A DNA stretch of 64,000 nucleotides from Podarcis cretensis (taxonomy: Eukaryota), in contig OX638152.1 in the NCBI GenBank assembly GCA_951804945.1, forward strand, positions 20,708,001 to 20,772,000. The letters are read 5' to 3'. The notes beneath the pieces were generated by a model, which made no database searches, had not been told where the DNA came from, and saw nothing but the letters and a program-made list of their open reading frames with translations. Of the stretch, positions 34,101 through 45,619 are shown one piece after another. Position 1 is the first letter of the stretch; every line of letters begins with the position of its first letter. Made by a program: the position numbers and the translations under genes.

Positions 34101-37100
34101 CTTATCAGCTGATCCGCTAAGCTGCTAAGCCGCTTAACAGCTGATCCGCTAAGCCGCTTATCAGCTGATCCGCTAAGCCCCTAAGCTGCTAATAGCGCTA
34201 AGCCGCTAAGCCGCTAATGGGCTTGCTTCGCAAGACGAAAAAACCGCAAGACGAAGAGACTCGCAGAACGGATTCTTTTCGTCTTGCGAGGCACCACTGT
34301 AGAAAGTTTGAAAACATCTTTTCTCCGAAGGTGATGAACACATGGTGTGATGGATTATGTTGCCCTCTTGTGCCCAAACCATTCAGTGTAATGTTATAAT
34401 GGACTCAAGTGATTTGGCTCTCCCTAGTGCAAGTAAATAAATTTAAAAGTTTGAGCATATCCTGGACACAGACAATTTTGAAGATTGTCTGACTGATTTT
34501 TATAAGCAAGGGCAAATGGCTTAGTAATAAATAGTGGCAGAACGTATGCTGGTGTCTTGTGATTGAGGCTAATATTTCAAGCACTTATTGTAGAGTATTA
34601 GCTGTAAATGTTTATCTAGTTTAGATAGGGTAGAAGCAATAAAGAAGGGGATATATATGTGGTCATTGTACCTGAGTCTCATGGTCTTTCAAGTCATTAG
34701 ATTGACGTTGCAATCTTGTGCACACTTACCTTGGAGCAAGCCCCCTTGAATACAGTAAGACTTAACCTGTGGTTAAACATGCATATGCTTGCACTATGAG
34801 TTTTTTTTCTGTTTAAATGAAATGGAAACAATATTCTAAAGAATAAACAGAGAAAAATACATTTAAAATACATTAGAAGTGGTGCTTATGCATAACAGAC
34901 TTCATATGCTTTGTTTTTATAGGTGGCACATTTTTACAACAGTATTGATCAGCAGATGATTCCAAGTCAGAAGCCAATGATGCTACAGTCTGCTTTAGCA
35001 TTTGAACAGATAATTAAAGTAATATAATTTTTATTGTTTCAATATTATATTACTCCCGGAAGCTGTCTTGTATATTCCCGTTTTTGTATATTTCCTGTGC
35101 TGTCTGTCTTTTGGCCATTATTGTTCAGTATGTCTGATTACATCTCTTAATGTCCATGGATATTGATGTTTTGCATGGAATTTCAGAAGACGTAGAGGAG
35201 GAAATAAATGCCTTTGTTGTAGTAATCATGTTGTTTGAAACATACATATTTACACTAGTTTGTTTTCCTCTCAAAGCCATTGTTAGGGAAAGTGGACTTG
35301 AGCATCCATCAATTCTCCTTCACTGGAGCAAGTTATCCCAAAATGGATTTACCCCTACTTGCTCTATGTCAGTCACTACAAATTTTTAAGCTTCTGTTAG
35401 TGGAGATCTTACTCAGTTTCCAGTCATGTCTGCTTTATTTACTGGGACTGCAATCCTATTCACATTTACCCATTGTTGTCCTGGTGTTTTAAAACTCCTT
35501 TGGAGATGACATGCTTGGTGATATTTAAATATCGATTATATGCCCTTTCCCTGCATAACTGCATGTTCATATATGCTATCCATCTATTATGGAGTCCTGG
35601 AGTTGAAACTATAAATGGATCCTACTACAGTGTCAAGGCAGAACAGTGACATTGATAAGGTGGTTGTCAGTGCTATTCATAAAGCTTTGACACTGTAGCA
35701 GAATTGCAGTGGTAAAGGGAAAACTTGTCAGTTTCATGTTTTCATTCATGTATGTCATATGTATAGCCAGACTACAGCAGTATTATACTTACACAGCTTT
35801 GAGCATCATCTGTGCAGATAGCCCAGTTACAATTTCATGGTAAAAATGATAATCCCTTGTGTCTGTTTCTCCTCTTATTTCTCTGTGGAGCAGCAATTGC
35901 ATTGGCACATGAGAAGACAGGGAATGTTTTTCTAGCAGCAGCTAACAGGAACTCAATTGAGAGTAATTTTATTTGCCTTGAGCAGTGGCAGTGCTCCCTT
36001 TTATGAACAAACAAGTAAATATTTGCATGTGCTTCCTTTCTTTGGTAGCATTCGAAAGCAGAGGGACAGATAACATGGGATAATCCTAAAGAGCTTGAAG
36101 CATATATCAAGAAGCTTCAAATTGCAGCAGAACGGCTTGCTACTGAAAACAGAAAATTAAGGAAATGGCATACTAATTTCACAGAAAAGGTATATGGCTT
36201 GACTGGCATATATTAATTTGCTTTATTATTTCCTTCCACTTGATTGATGACCACATTTAGTATGTTTTGAATTCTTCTTGATAGGTTGTTGGCCTCATGA
36301 ACATAGATCTGCTTCGGCAACAACAGCGCTGGAAAGATGGCTTGCAGGAACTCCGAGGGGTGTTTTCCAACCTTGAGTCACAGGCATGGTTGCATTGTTA
36401 CTTAACTGCCAGTACTATTTAAGTAAAAATAAATGCACATGTATTTATAGGTGAATGTGCGGAACTGTTTGTACAAAATGTTTGTTAAAAGCTGTCAGTT
36501 CATCAAGAATATGGATACATTTGGAAATAGACTAGGTTCATTGTTGAGGATCCTGCTTGCTTTGCAACTCACTTACTGGCCTGAACCAAGGCATTATCAC
36601 ACATAACTTTCCTTACAGTTCCTGGGAAGATTCAAAAACTAGATAAGCCAGAGGGATTAGTTCAACTCTCTGCTGTACTGTAAGATATACCATAGATACC
36701 AAATCCTCTTAGTTGCCGGGATAATCTTTTTTTGAAAAGGAAGGTGGTTTCTAGGCAGTTTTCTGAGTCAATTAGTTCTCATGGTGAACGGCTTCTATGG
36801 TTAGGATTTCTTAACCGTTGACTGTGTTCTAATATTGTCAAATGATAGGGTTTCCTTGCACGTGACATGAAAGCATGGAGGCTGCACTGGAACCATCAAT
36901 TGTATAAAGCTCTGGAGCATCAGTATCAAATGGGCTTGGAAGCACTCAATGAAAATTTACCAGAAATAAACATTGATCTAACTTACAAGTAAGTTTATTT
37001 CTTTCAGTTAGCAAAATCAACAACAATACGTACATTTCCATACCTACTAATATAGTAATATAGTAAACCTGGCTGGTCCATGGTATGTGATTCTAATTGC

Positions 37101-40100
37101 TAATGTATTTTAAAAAACATTTTTTCAGACAAGGAAGAATACAGTTTAAACCTCCTTTTGAAGAAGTACGAGCAAGATATTATAGAGAAATGAAGAGATT
37201 CATATCTATTCCAAACCAATTTAGGGGCGTGAGTGAAACTGATGAGGAGTGCATTTTTTCTGTCATGACTGAAAGAAATGCAAGTGGATTTCTCACCACT
37301 TTCAGTAAAGCGGAAGACTTGTTCCGAAGATTGGCAGAAGTTGCGGACCAATTTAAGGTGCAGAAATAGTTGCATTTGCTTCAAGGGCTTTTAAACATGG
37401 GCTTAGAAGCAGCTTAACCTTCATTTATATTCCATTCTGCTTAGTCAAGCACCTGAGTGCTTCTTCACTTCATGTTGCAATCACATTTGTTGCAGGTCAT
37501 GTATTTATATTGCTTACAATAAACATGTAAGGTATATAGATTAGAAATGCGTCTCTTAAGGGCATGCACTAGAGTGTGCTGATTGGCTGTGTCTTCCTAG
37601 CACATGGCTGCTGCATGCTAATTGCTGTACATCTGCTATTTGCTTGAACTTACTTACTCAAATATACAGTGGTACCTCGGGTTATGTACTTAATTCATTC
37701 TGGAGGTCCGTTCTTAACCTGAAACTGTTCTTAACCTGAAGCAGCACTTTAGCTAATGGGGCCTTCCGCTGCTGCCGCGCTGCCAGAGCACAATTTTTGT
37801 TCTCATCCTGAAGCAAAGTTCTTAACCCGAGGTACTATTTCTGGGTTAGTGGAGTCTGTAACCTGAAGCGTATATAACCTGAAGCGTATGTAACCCGAGG
37901 TACCACTGTAAGTTCCACTAAGATCATTGGGAGTTATTTGTAAATTTGCTTAGAACTGCAGCCTTTTGTTCTATATATCAAATATGAAATATAATTGCTG
38001 TTCAAATTTTATGATTATTAGAGATGGATTGTCCATAAATAATCAACAAATGTTTAGTAGGAGGTTCTTAAGTGTGGCTAGGACATGCTAACCAGTAGGA
38101 TTTGGCTGAAGCAGTGCAAATATGGTGTATAAAGGAACTTCTGTTACGAGCTTCAATCCCACAAGGCACTTAATTAGAATGTCAGCACTTGTGAACTAGA
38201 GTTCTTTCAGAATTTTCTTTTGGATTAGCTGTCTGACCTTAAGTGTAGAGTTTTGGAGGAGGAATTTGAAAAGAAGCTGTGGGAATGTGGACATCGTTGC
38301 ATGACCAGCTGCTTAAGAAACAGCTGGAACATGTCACTCTCAGCTATTGTGTTTAAAATGATTAATTCACCAGAAGTGGCTTTAAGGGCCAGGTATACAC
38401 TGTGTGTGTAGACAGGCTGTAAGATTTCTGAAATGTCCAGATAGATGGTAGGACAGTGATCTGAGACTCGCAAACACAGAGGCCTTTGGAGTCCCGCAGT
38501 TCCTTCTCATTTTTTGGCCTCATGAAAGCGTGGCCATTTAAATAAACAGTGTACCTCCTCTATCTAGCATGAGATGCCATCATGGACAGTGAAACTGCAG
38601 GGAGTGTATACCTACAGTTTCTGGTATGAAAAGATGGGATTGTGCTTTGATTTATGATGTCAAGGGTTCATGTAGGTAAGAACCGACTTCATCAGAGTCA
38701 TTTGAGTCATGCTTTGTTTGCCTGTTTAGAAAATTAGCATTTTGTTTTAAAAAAATATGTTGAGTATTTTACACAAAGGACCTTTCATTTTCTCTATTAT
38801 AAAAATATGGATGCTACGGCAAAGGAGTGGGTTATAATTGGACAAGTAGATATGGAAGCTCTGGTGGAGAATCATCTTTTCAATGAACAGGACTGGGAAA
38901 AAAATTTCAAAGCCCTAAAAGTGCGAGGAAAAGAAGTGGAGCGCCTTCCAAGGTATTGTACCCTGGAAGAACTATAAATGAGTAATAAGTTCCTGCATGT
39001 GTTAGTTTTGATAGCATGGACTGTATGAGAAAATTCATTTTATGCCTGAGTAATCTGTCAGTGGAAATTGGGAGGTGGGGGAATCTCATTTGGGGTAATT
39101 TTTAGTGTGAGTGGACATGGAACAGATCAAAGTTATTAGGCATACTCATGCAAGTAAGTACTTATTGAGATAATTTAGTCACAGGATGTTTAGGGCTATA
39201 GTGATTAAAACCAGAATCTTGAACTGAGTCTCATGATAAATTGAAAATCAGAGAAGCTAGTGCCAGATCAGTCTAGTCAAAACCTCTCTAAAGAGAGTTA
39301 AGCCACAATTTGAATGATTGGAGTGTCTGATGTAGAGCAATGTGGGGCAGCCTTCTGGTGTGCCAAAAAGCTGAACAACTTGGGGATACATATGAATGTT
39401 ATCAGCACTCATTCCCCTGAATTTGAATTTGCATGCTCTGTGCTCCTTTGCCCTGCATGCATGAGAAGAGCTTTCAAATAAACTAGTTTCTTCTTATAGT
39501 CAAATTTGAGAGACTTTAGTTTTTTCTAATTGTGGTTAATTAATGAACCAAACTATTAAACCACAAACAGGTTTATTTATTCATATGCAATGTGAGAAGC
39601 TTTCAGTAATCTCGACTTGAATGTGAAAGAGATGATGGAGGTGTGGGAGAAGAGTCAAAGGTTTGTTCAGGCTCATGTTTATAATGACAGCCCATGGTTT
39701 GTTGTTACAAATGGACCATATTTCAAATCTGTACAGTTTAAAGTTTATTTTAAACTCTGTATTCTATATTATTCTATAATTGGTTTTCTTAATTCTTGAA
39801 GCACTGTGAAGGTAGATTGCATAATAGTGAATTGCAACCCTGTGAAGTCTATGATTGATGATCTTATCCAGAAGTTGTATGATGTTCTCGTGATGTCTTT
39901 GAGAAAGTCCATACAAGGTAATGCTCAAAAGAGAGAAACGTTCTTGCTAAAGTCTTAGAAAATAGCAGTAAATTGTTCACTCCTGCTCCCTCTGTGAAAA
40001 ACAGTTACCTTACATAGCATTATTTTAAATATCAGCTATGTTGTGATATATAGTGACTCTGGTGGGCGTGCTGGCCTGGCTTTTGAAAAGTAACATTTGT

Positions 40101-43100
40101 GCACTTGGTTGCATCATCCATAATAACCTTTCATAATAAGAGCGATGATTTTGTATATTAAACAGTCTTATCCCACATCCATCTTTTGCTGCTCAGTAAG
40201 TAATATTAACTGCAGTGGGACTAAGCATTCTTAAGTGATATTTCACCAATTAAACTGTTTTGGGTTGTACTGTTATTAAGGGCTGTGCATTATGTCTAGT
40301 TACAGCCCCAATTTTTAAAAACTGTTAAAGTCCAGTATGATGCTTTTGTTCGGTTGCTTATGCTGTTTTCCTTGTGGGAGGAAAGAAAGAAAAGACTTTC
40401 CCCTGCTGTACCATTTGTGTTGTGTTAAACCAAAACTTTTGTTTTCTATTTTCCTTTGTTTAGGTCATCTACATGATATTTCTTCATTTCTCAATGATGC
40501 CATGAAAACCTTGATAGCAAGGCCCCAAACTGTAGATGAAATAACAGAAGATAATTTAAAATATAAAAACCTAAAAGACAAAAAAGAAGAGGTAATTTTT
40601 TTCTGTACTACCAAGTCTCCCCTGCACAGAGGGGGTCGTTGTAGGATACAACAGACCCTCTCTTGGCATTGCATATGGGCATTCAACATGCCAAGTGGTC
40701 ATGGTGAATGGGAGACCTTTCATATCCCTGTACAGTTCTCCTTGCTCTGCTTGGTCAAGGATGCAAACATCAGGCTCTTGTTCCCTGACCAAATGGAGGT
40801 GCCTGGCCAGGTAGGGGATATGGGAGGTGATTACAGGTCTATTGCCCTTTGAGTGAATGAGTATCTCAGGTGGGGTGAGCGCCATCTAGTGTTTGCAGGC
40901 AGGATTTCAGTCGAATAAGAGATTTCTGCTGTCACCTGGCCAGCCCCTACCAGTTTTTACTTCTGCCTTCATGCTGAGAGTTTTTTCTGTGCTTGTTTGT
41001 GGTTTAAAAAGAGTTGTGTTTTCTCAGTGTCATTTGTGTGGGGAGTGGGACTGCTGGGTGTGCCTGGGCCTGTTTTCTGAGGGCCACTCCATTGATTTCA
41101 TTGTGTGGTTTGACTTAACAGCACCCTTTTTTCTGGTGGAACTTAGGCCAGATCACCAGACCATGTTACCAAGCTGAATTGGTTTAGCACCTAGTGTAAA
41201 GCACACCCCTACCACCATTCCTGTCCCTTTCCCATCACTCGCTTGGAGCCTTCGCCTTTTCAGGACCTACACTGACCTGAGATCCACCAGGATCAGCTAA
41301 CTGGTGCCCTGTTCAGCTAGAGTGAGAGACTTAAGCTGCCATATCTGTGTGTGAATGACAATTGTACCCAAAGTCTTGCTCAATGTAAAGAAAAATAAAG
41401 AAACTTGGAAAACTGTTGGGGGCAATTTATTGCAGTTTGAATAAATCTAAAACAAAGGTTAATGTTGTAGCATTTACTGGCATAAACAAATGCGGTGGCA
41501 TTGACAATTTTACTAATTAAAAAACCTCTTTGTTTAGATCTTCCGTCTCTTTCAAGATGCAGAAGGTAAAAACAAACTTCTGCGAACTGTGGCTGGTGGG
41601 GGCATTGAAACAATTGGCAACCTGAGAGCTACGTGGGATAAATTTGAATTAATGATGGAAAGTCACCAGCTTATGATAAGAGAGCAGGTAATTTAGGGTG
41701 AATTGTAAACGTTCCCCCCTTTGACTTACTTTTTTCAGTTGTGCATGAACATCTTTTGATTCTGTCAGGTGATTCTGTAGGGATGGGACCGTTTTTCAGC
41801 TTGAGGGCAGTATTTCCTTGAGGGCAACTTTCCGGGGCCACATGCCAATAGTGGGCAGGGACTGGAGGCAAGAGTGGGGAGAGCAACACGTGTAAATTTT
41901 ACCTGTGTACATTAGACTATTTCCTGCACACCCCCCCCTCTAGTCTTCATCAAGCAAGAGTTGTTAACAGAATAGCCTGCTGGATAAGGCCATCTAGTCC
42001 ATAGCTGTCAACGTTTCCCTTTTTTAAAGGGAAATTCCCTTATTCCTCATAAGAAAAGGGAAAAGTTGACAGCTATGATCTAGTCTAGCATCCTGTTTTC
42101 ACAGTAGCCAACCAGATGTCTGTGGGAAGCCAGCAAACTGGGCATGAGCACAACAGTGTTTTTCCTACCTGTGCTTCCCTGCAACTGGTATAACATTCAA
42201 GGACACGTTCAAGCCAGGCAAAAGTGCTCTGCATGTGAAGCAGAGCTGTAGAGAGAGTTGCAAGGGCCAGATAGAGAGGCCTGGAGGTCTGTATTTGGTC
42301 CTCAGGCTTCAGTTCCCGACCCCTCTGACAGTGTAACTTTGGTTTAGAGGGCCATAATGCTTTGGCCAGTACAGTGGTACCTTAGTTGTCAAACTTAATC
42401 CATTCCGGGAGTCCGTTTGACTCCCAGAACTGTTCGAAAACCAAGGCGTGGCTTCCGATTGAGTGCAGGAAGCTCCTGCAGCCAATTGGAAGCCACAGAA
42501 GCCGTGTCGGATGTTCGGCTTCCAAAAAACGTTCGCAAACTGGAACACTTACTTCTGGGTTTGCGGCGTTTGGGAGCCAATTTGTTCGGGAGCCAAGCCA
42601 TTCCACAACCAAGGTACCACTGTAGAGTGTTCTGGACAGCTCAACATGTTTTGCAACAGGATTTTGGAGCAAGGACAGCTGAATAGAGGAAGTGTGGAGG
42701 GAATGTTGTTTGGGACCACCCTGCAAATGTTTACATGGCAAAAAAATATGTCCAGAGGTTTACTTTACATCAGACAATCTAAAAATATTATTAATAAAAG
42801 CCTATAGTTGTGAACACAGATGCTTCAATAACATATTCTTTGAGGACCACTTGACCCACTGCACAGCACCAAATGTGATTTTGCCACCAAATCCACATTT
42901 TACTGTCGTGAGTTGGCTCTGTGACAAGTGTATCTACATAATTCCTTTTCTATGAAATATAAAATATGGCAATGCTAGTTTGAATAATAGCTACTCTAAT
43001 ATGTCTGTAATGCACTATTAGGCAGACTGATAGCATCTGTCTGCTTTTAGTATAAGCTTTCCAAGGAAAGTAGTAAGATTTTCATTTTAAACCTCACTCT

Positions 43101-45579
43101 TTGTTCTTTAGATTGAAGTGATGAAAAGTAATGTGATGTCACGTATTCATACATACTTTCAAGAGCTGGAGAAGTTTAAAGCTCGCTGGGACCAGTTAAA
43201 ACCCAAGGATGATGTAATTGAAACAGGTCATCATGATTTGCTGCAGAAGAGTGCTGAGACCATAAAAGAAAAGAAAATTGAGTTTGATGAACTTGAGAAC
43301 ACAAAACAAAAGTTAATGTATGTTTATTTCTCCATATGCATGAATATATGTATTACCCTATAAGTGGTGTCCAGGACAGGTGAGGGGGTGGTGGGGTTTG
43401 TGATTTGTATTTGTTATTATGCATTTTGTGTTTTTTATCTTGTATTTTTATGTTGTGAACCGTCCTGAGATCTACCGATGAAGATTTTAATAAATATAAA
43501 CAAATAATAAATAAAATAATAAAGTCTTGTAAATAGAATTTTTGAAAGCAAGCTAGACAATAATGAGCAGAATATAACCATGTATAAAGTGTCATTTCCT
43601 GAAATTGTCAATTCTGGGTCTTATAATGCTTAAATAGCAAGGCAATATATGTAGTAATTATAATTTTGGAATGGAAAGATCCTGAATTTTCTTTAGCTTT
43701 GCGTAAAAGATATCTTGTGAATGCAAACATCCACATTAGTAGAACCCTATATAGTTCACCTGGCCAGGATACTATTGTTGCCTAGAGAACTTTAGTTATG
43801 TAATAAGAATAAAATGGCCCAGTTAATGGTTTGAGAGCAGCTGATATTTCAGCATTGTTGAAGCCATGTGGCTGGAAGCCCCATTTAGCCCAGTCTGAGC
43901 TCTTTAAGGGAAGAGGGGGATATAAAATTTTATCTGGGATACAATTTTAACATTGCCATGTTCTTTTCCTTCAGCAATGACTGCTGTCACTTTGAGTTAG
44001 AAGAGCCTGATTTCTCTTTAGCCGATGAAATACGCAGAGACATTGAGAGCTGTGCAGAAATTTGGGCATTATATGAACAATTCCAAGAAGGTTTTCAAGA
44101 AAAAGCCAATGAAGACTGGATTACATTCAGGTCTGTCTTTCTTCTGAACTGCTGGCATTCCTTGGTTATAACAGTAGTTGACCCATTGTGAACTTTCTTT
44201 GACATGTGTTCCATTGCAGAAGCAAGACCTACTTGTTTGAAGAATTCTTACTGAGCTGGCATGACAAACTGAGAAAGATTGAGGAACACACTATAATGAC
44301 TGTGAAGTTGCAGAAAGAAGTTGACACATACAAAGTAAGGTGCTGAATTTAAAAGGGGAAGAAAGCAAAAAGGATGTATTGGAATACTTTGTACCAAATT
44401 TATAAGAGGTGTTTTTATATATAAATGTATATGTGTTTATGGAGGGTTAAATTCAATAGTTGTGCAAGAAGAAAGCATCTCATATTAATTAATTAATTTT
44501 TAACCCACCCTTTCTTGCAAAAGGAGCCCAGGAAGATAAGGAATTGTTCTGTCATGTAGAAAGTTAGATAAATTTTGAGCTTCCTTCCAGATTTTAATAA
44601 TGCTTTGCATGCATATAACTGTTAAGTATTCAGAAGAATAATCTAGTTGTCTGAATGTAACAAGGTTATATTAAAACGAGGTAGACTCATACATATACCT
44701 TTCTTTATTTATTGCCAAAGATGACACTTCCTGTCTTGAAATACGTTAGAGGAGAACATCTGTCGCCAGATCATTGGCTGGACCTCTTTCGTATTCTTGG
44801 TCTTCCCAAGGGTACTAGTCTAGAGAACTTGGTGTTTGGAGACCTTCTAAAAGTGGCTGATGTCATCGTGGAGAAAGCAGCAGAACTGAAGGCAAGAATT
44901 ACTTTTCAAAGTTGTACTGAGAAGCAGAAAATTATATGGAGCAGTTACTTGGCTATTAAAACATTTTTGTAGTTTCCATTCTTCTGTGGTGCTGAATGGT
45001 GGGCATGTGGATCAAGGTTGCCCTCTAGTGTCCAAAGCTGGGAAACACAATTCATTCTCAGGGGGTCACTCTCTGGATCAGAGGGATGTGCTGTGGTCTA
45101 AACCACTGAGCCTCTTGGCCTTGCCGGTCAGAAGGTCGGTGGTTTGAATCCCTGCACCAGGGTGAGCTCCCATTGCTCTGTCCCAGGTCCTGCCAACCTA
45201 GCAGTTCGAAAGCATGCCAGTGCACGTAGATAAGTTGGTACTGCTGCGGCAGCAAGGTAAACAGCCACATGACCTAGAAAGCTGTCTGTGGACAAACGCC
45301 GGCTCCCTCAGCCTGAATGCGAAATGAGCGCCGCAACCCCATAGTCGCCTTTGACTGGACTTAACCATCCAGCGGTCCTTAACCTTTACCTTACCTTACT
45401 CTCTGGCTCATAGAATCATAGAATTGTAGAGATGGAAGGGATCCCGAGCCTCATTTAGTTCAAACCCCTTGCAATGCAGGAATCTCAACTAAAGCACCTA
45501 TGACAAATGGCCATCCAAAGGCAGACCATTAGTCCATCTAGCTCAGCAATTTCCTGTCTTTTGCCTGAAGCAGGGGTGT

Positions 45580-45619
<40 letters not shown>

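Noticed and set aside
33848-34299. CRISPR-like repeat array
   Set aside because: The units are contiguous with no unique spacers, lie within TIRs, and are in a vertebrate intron.
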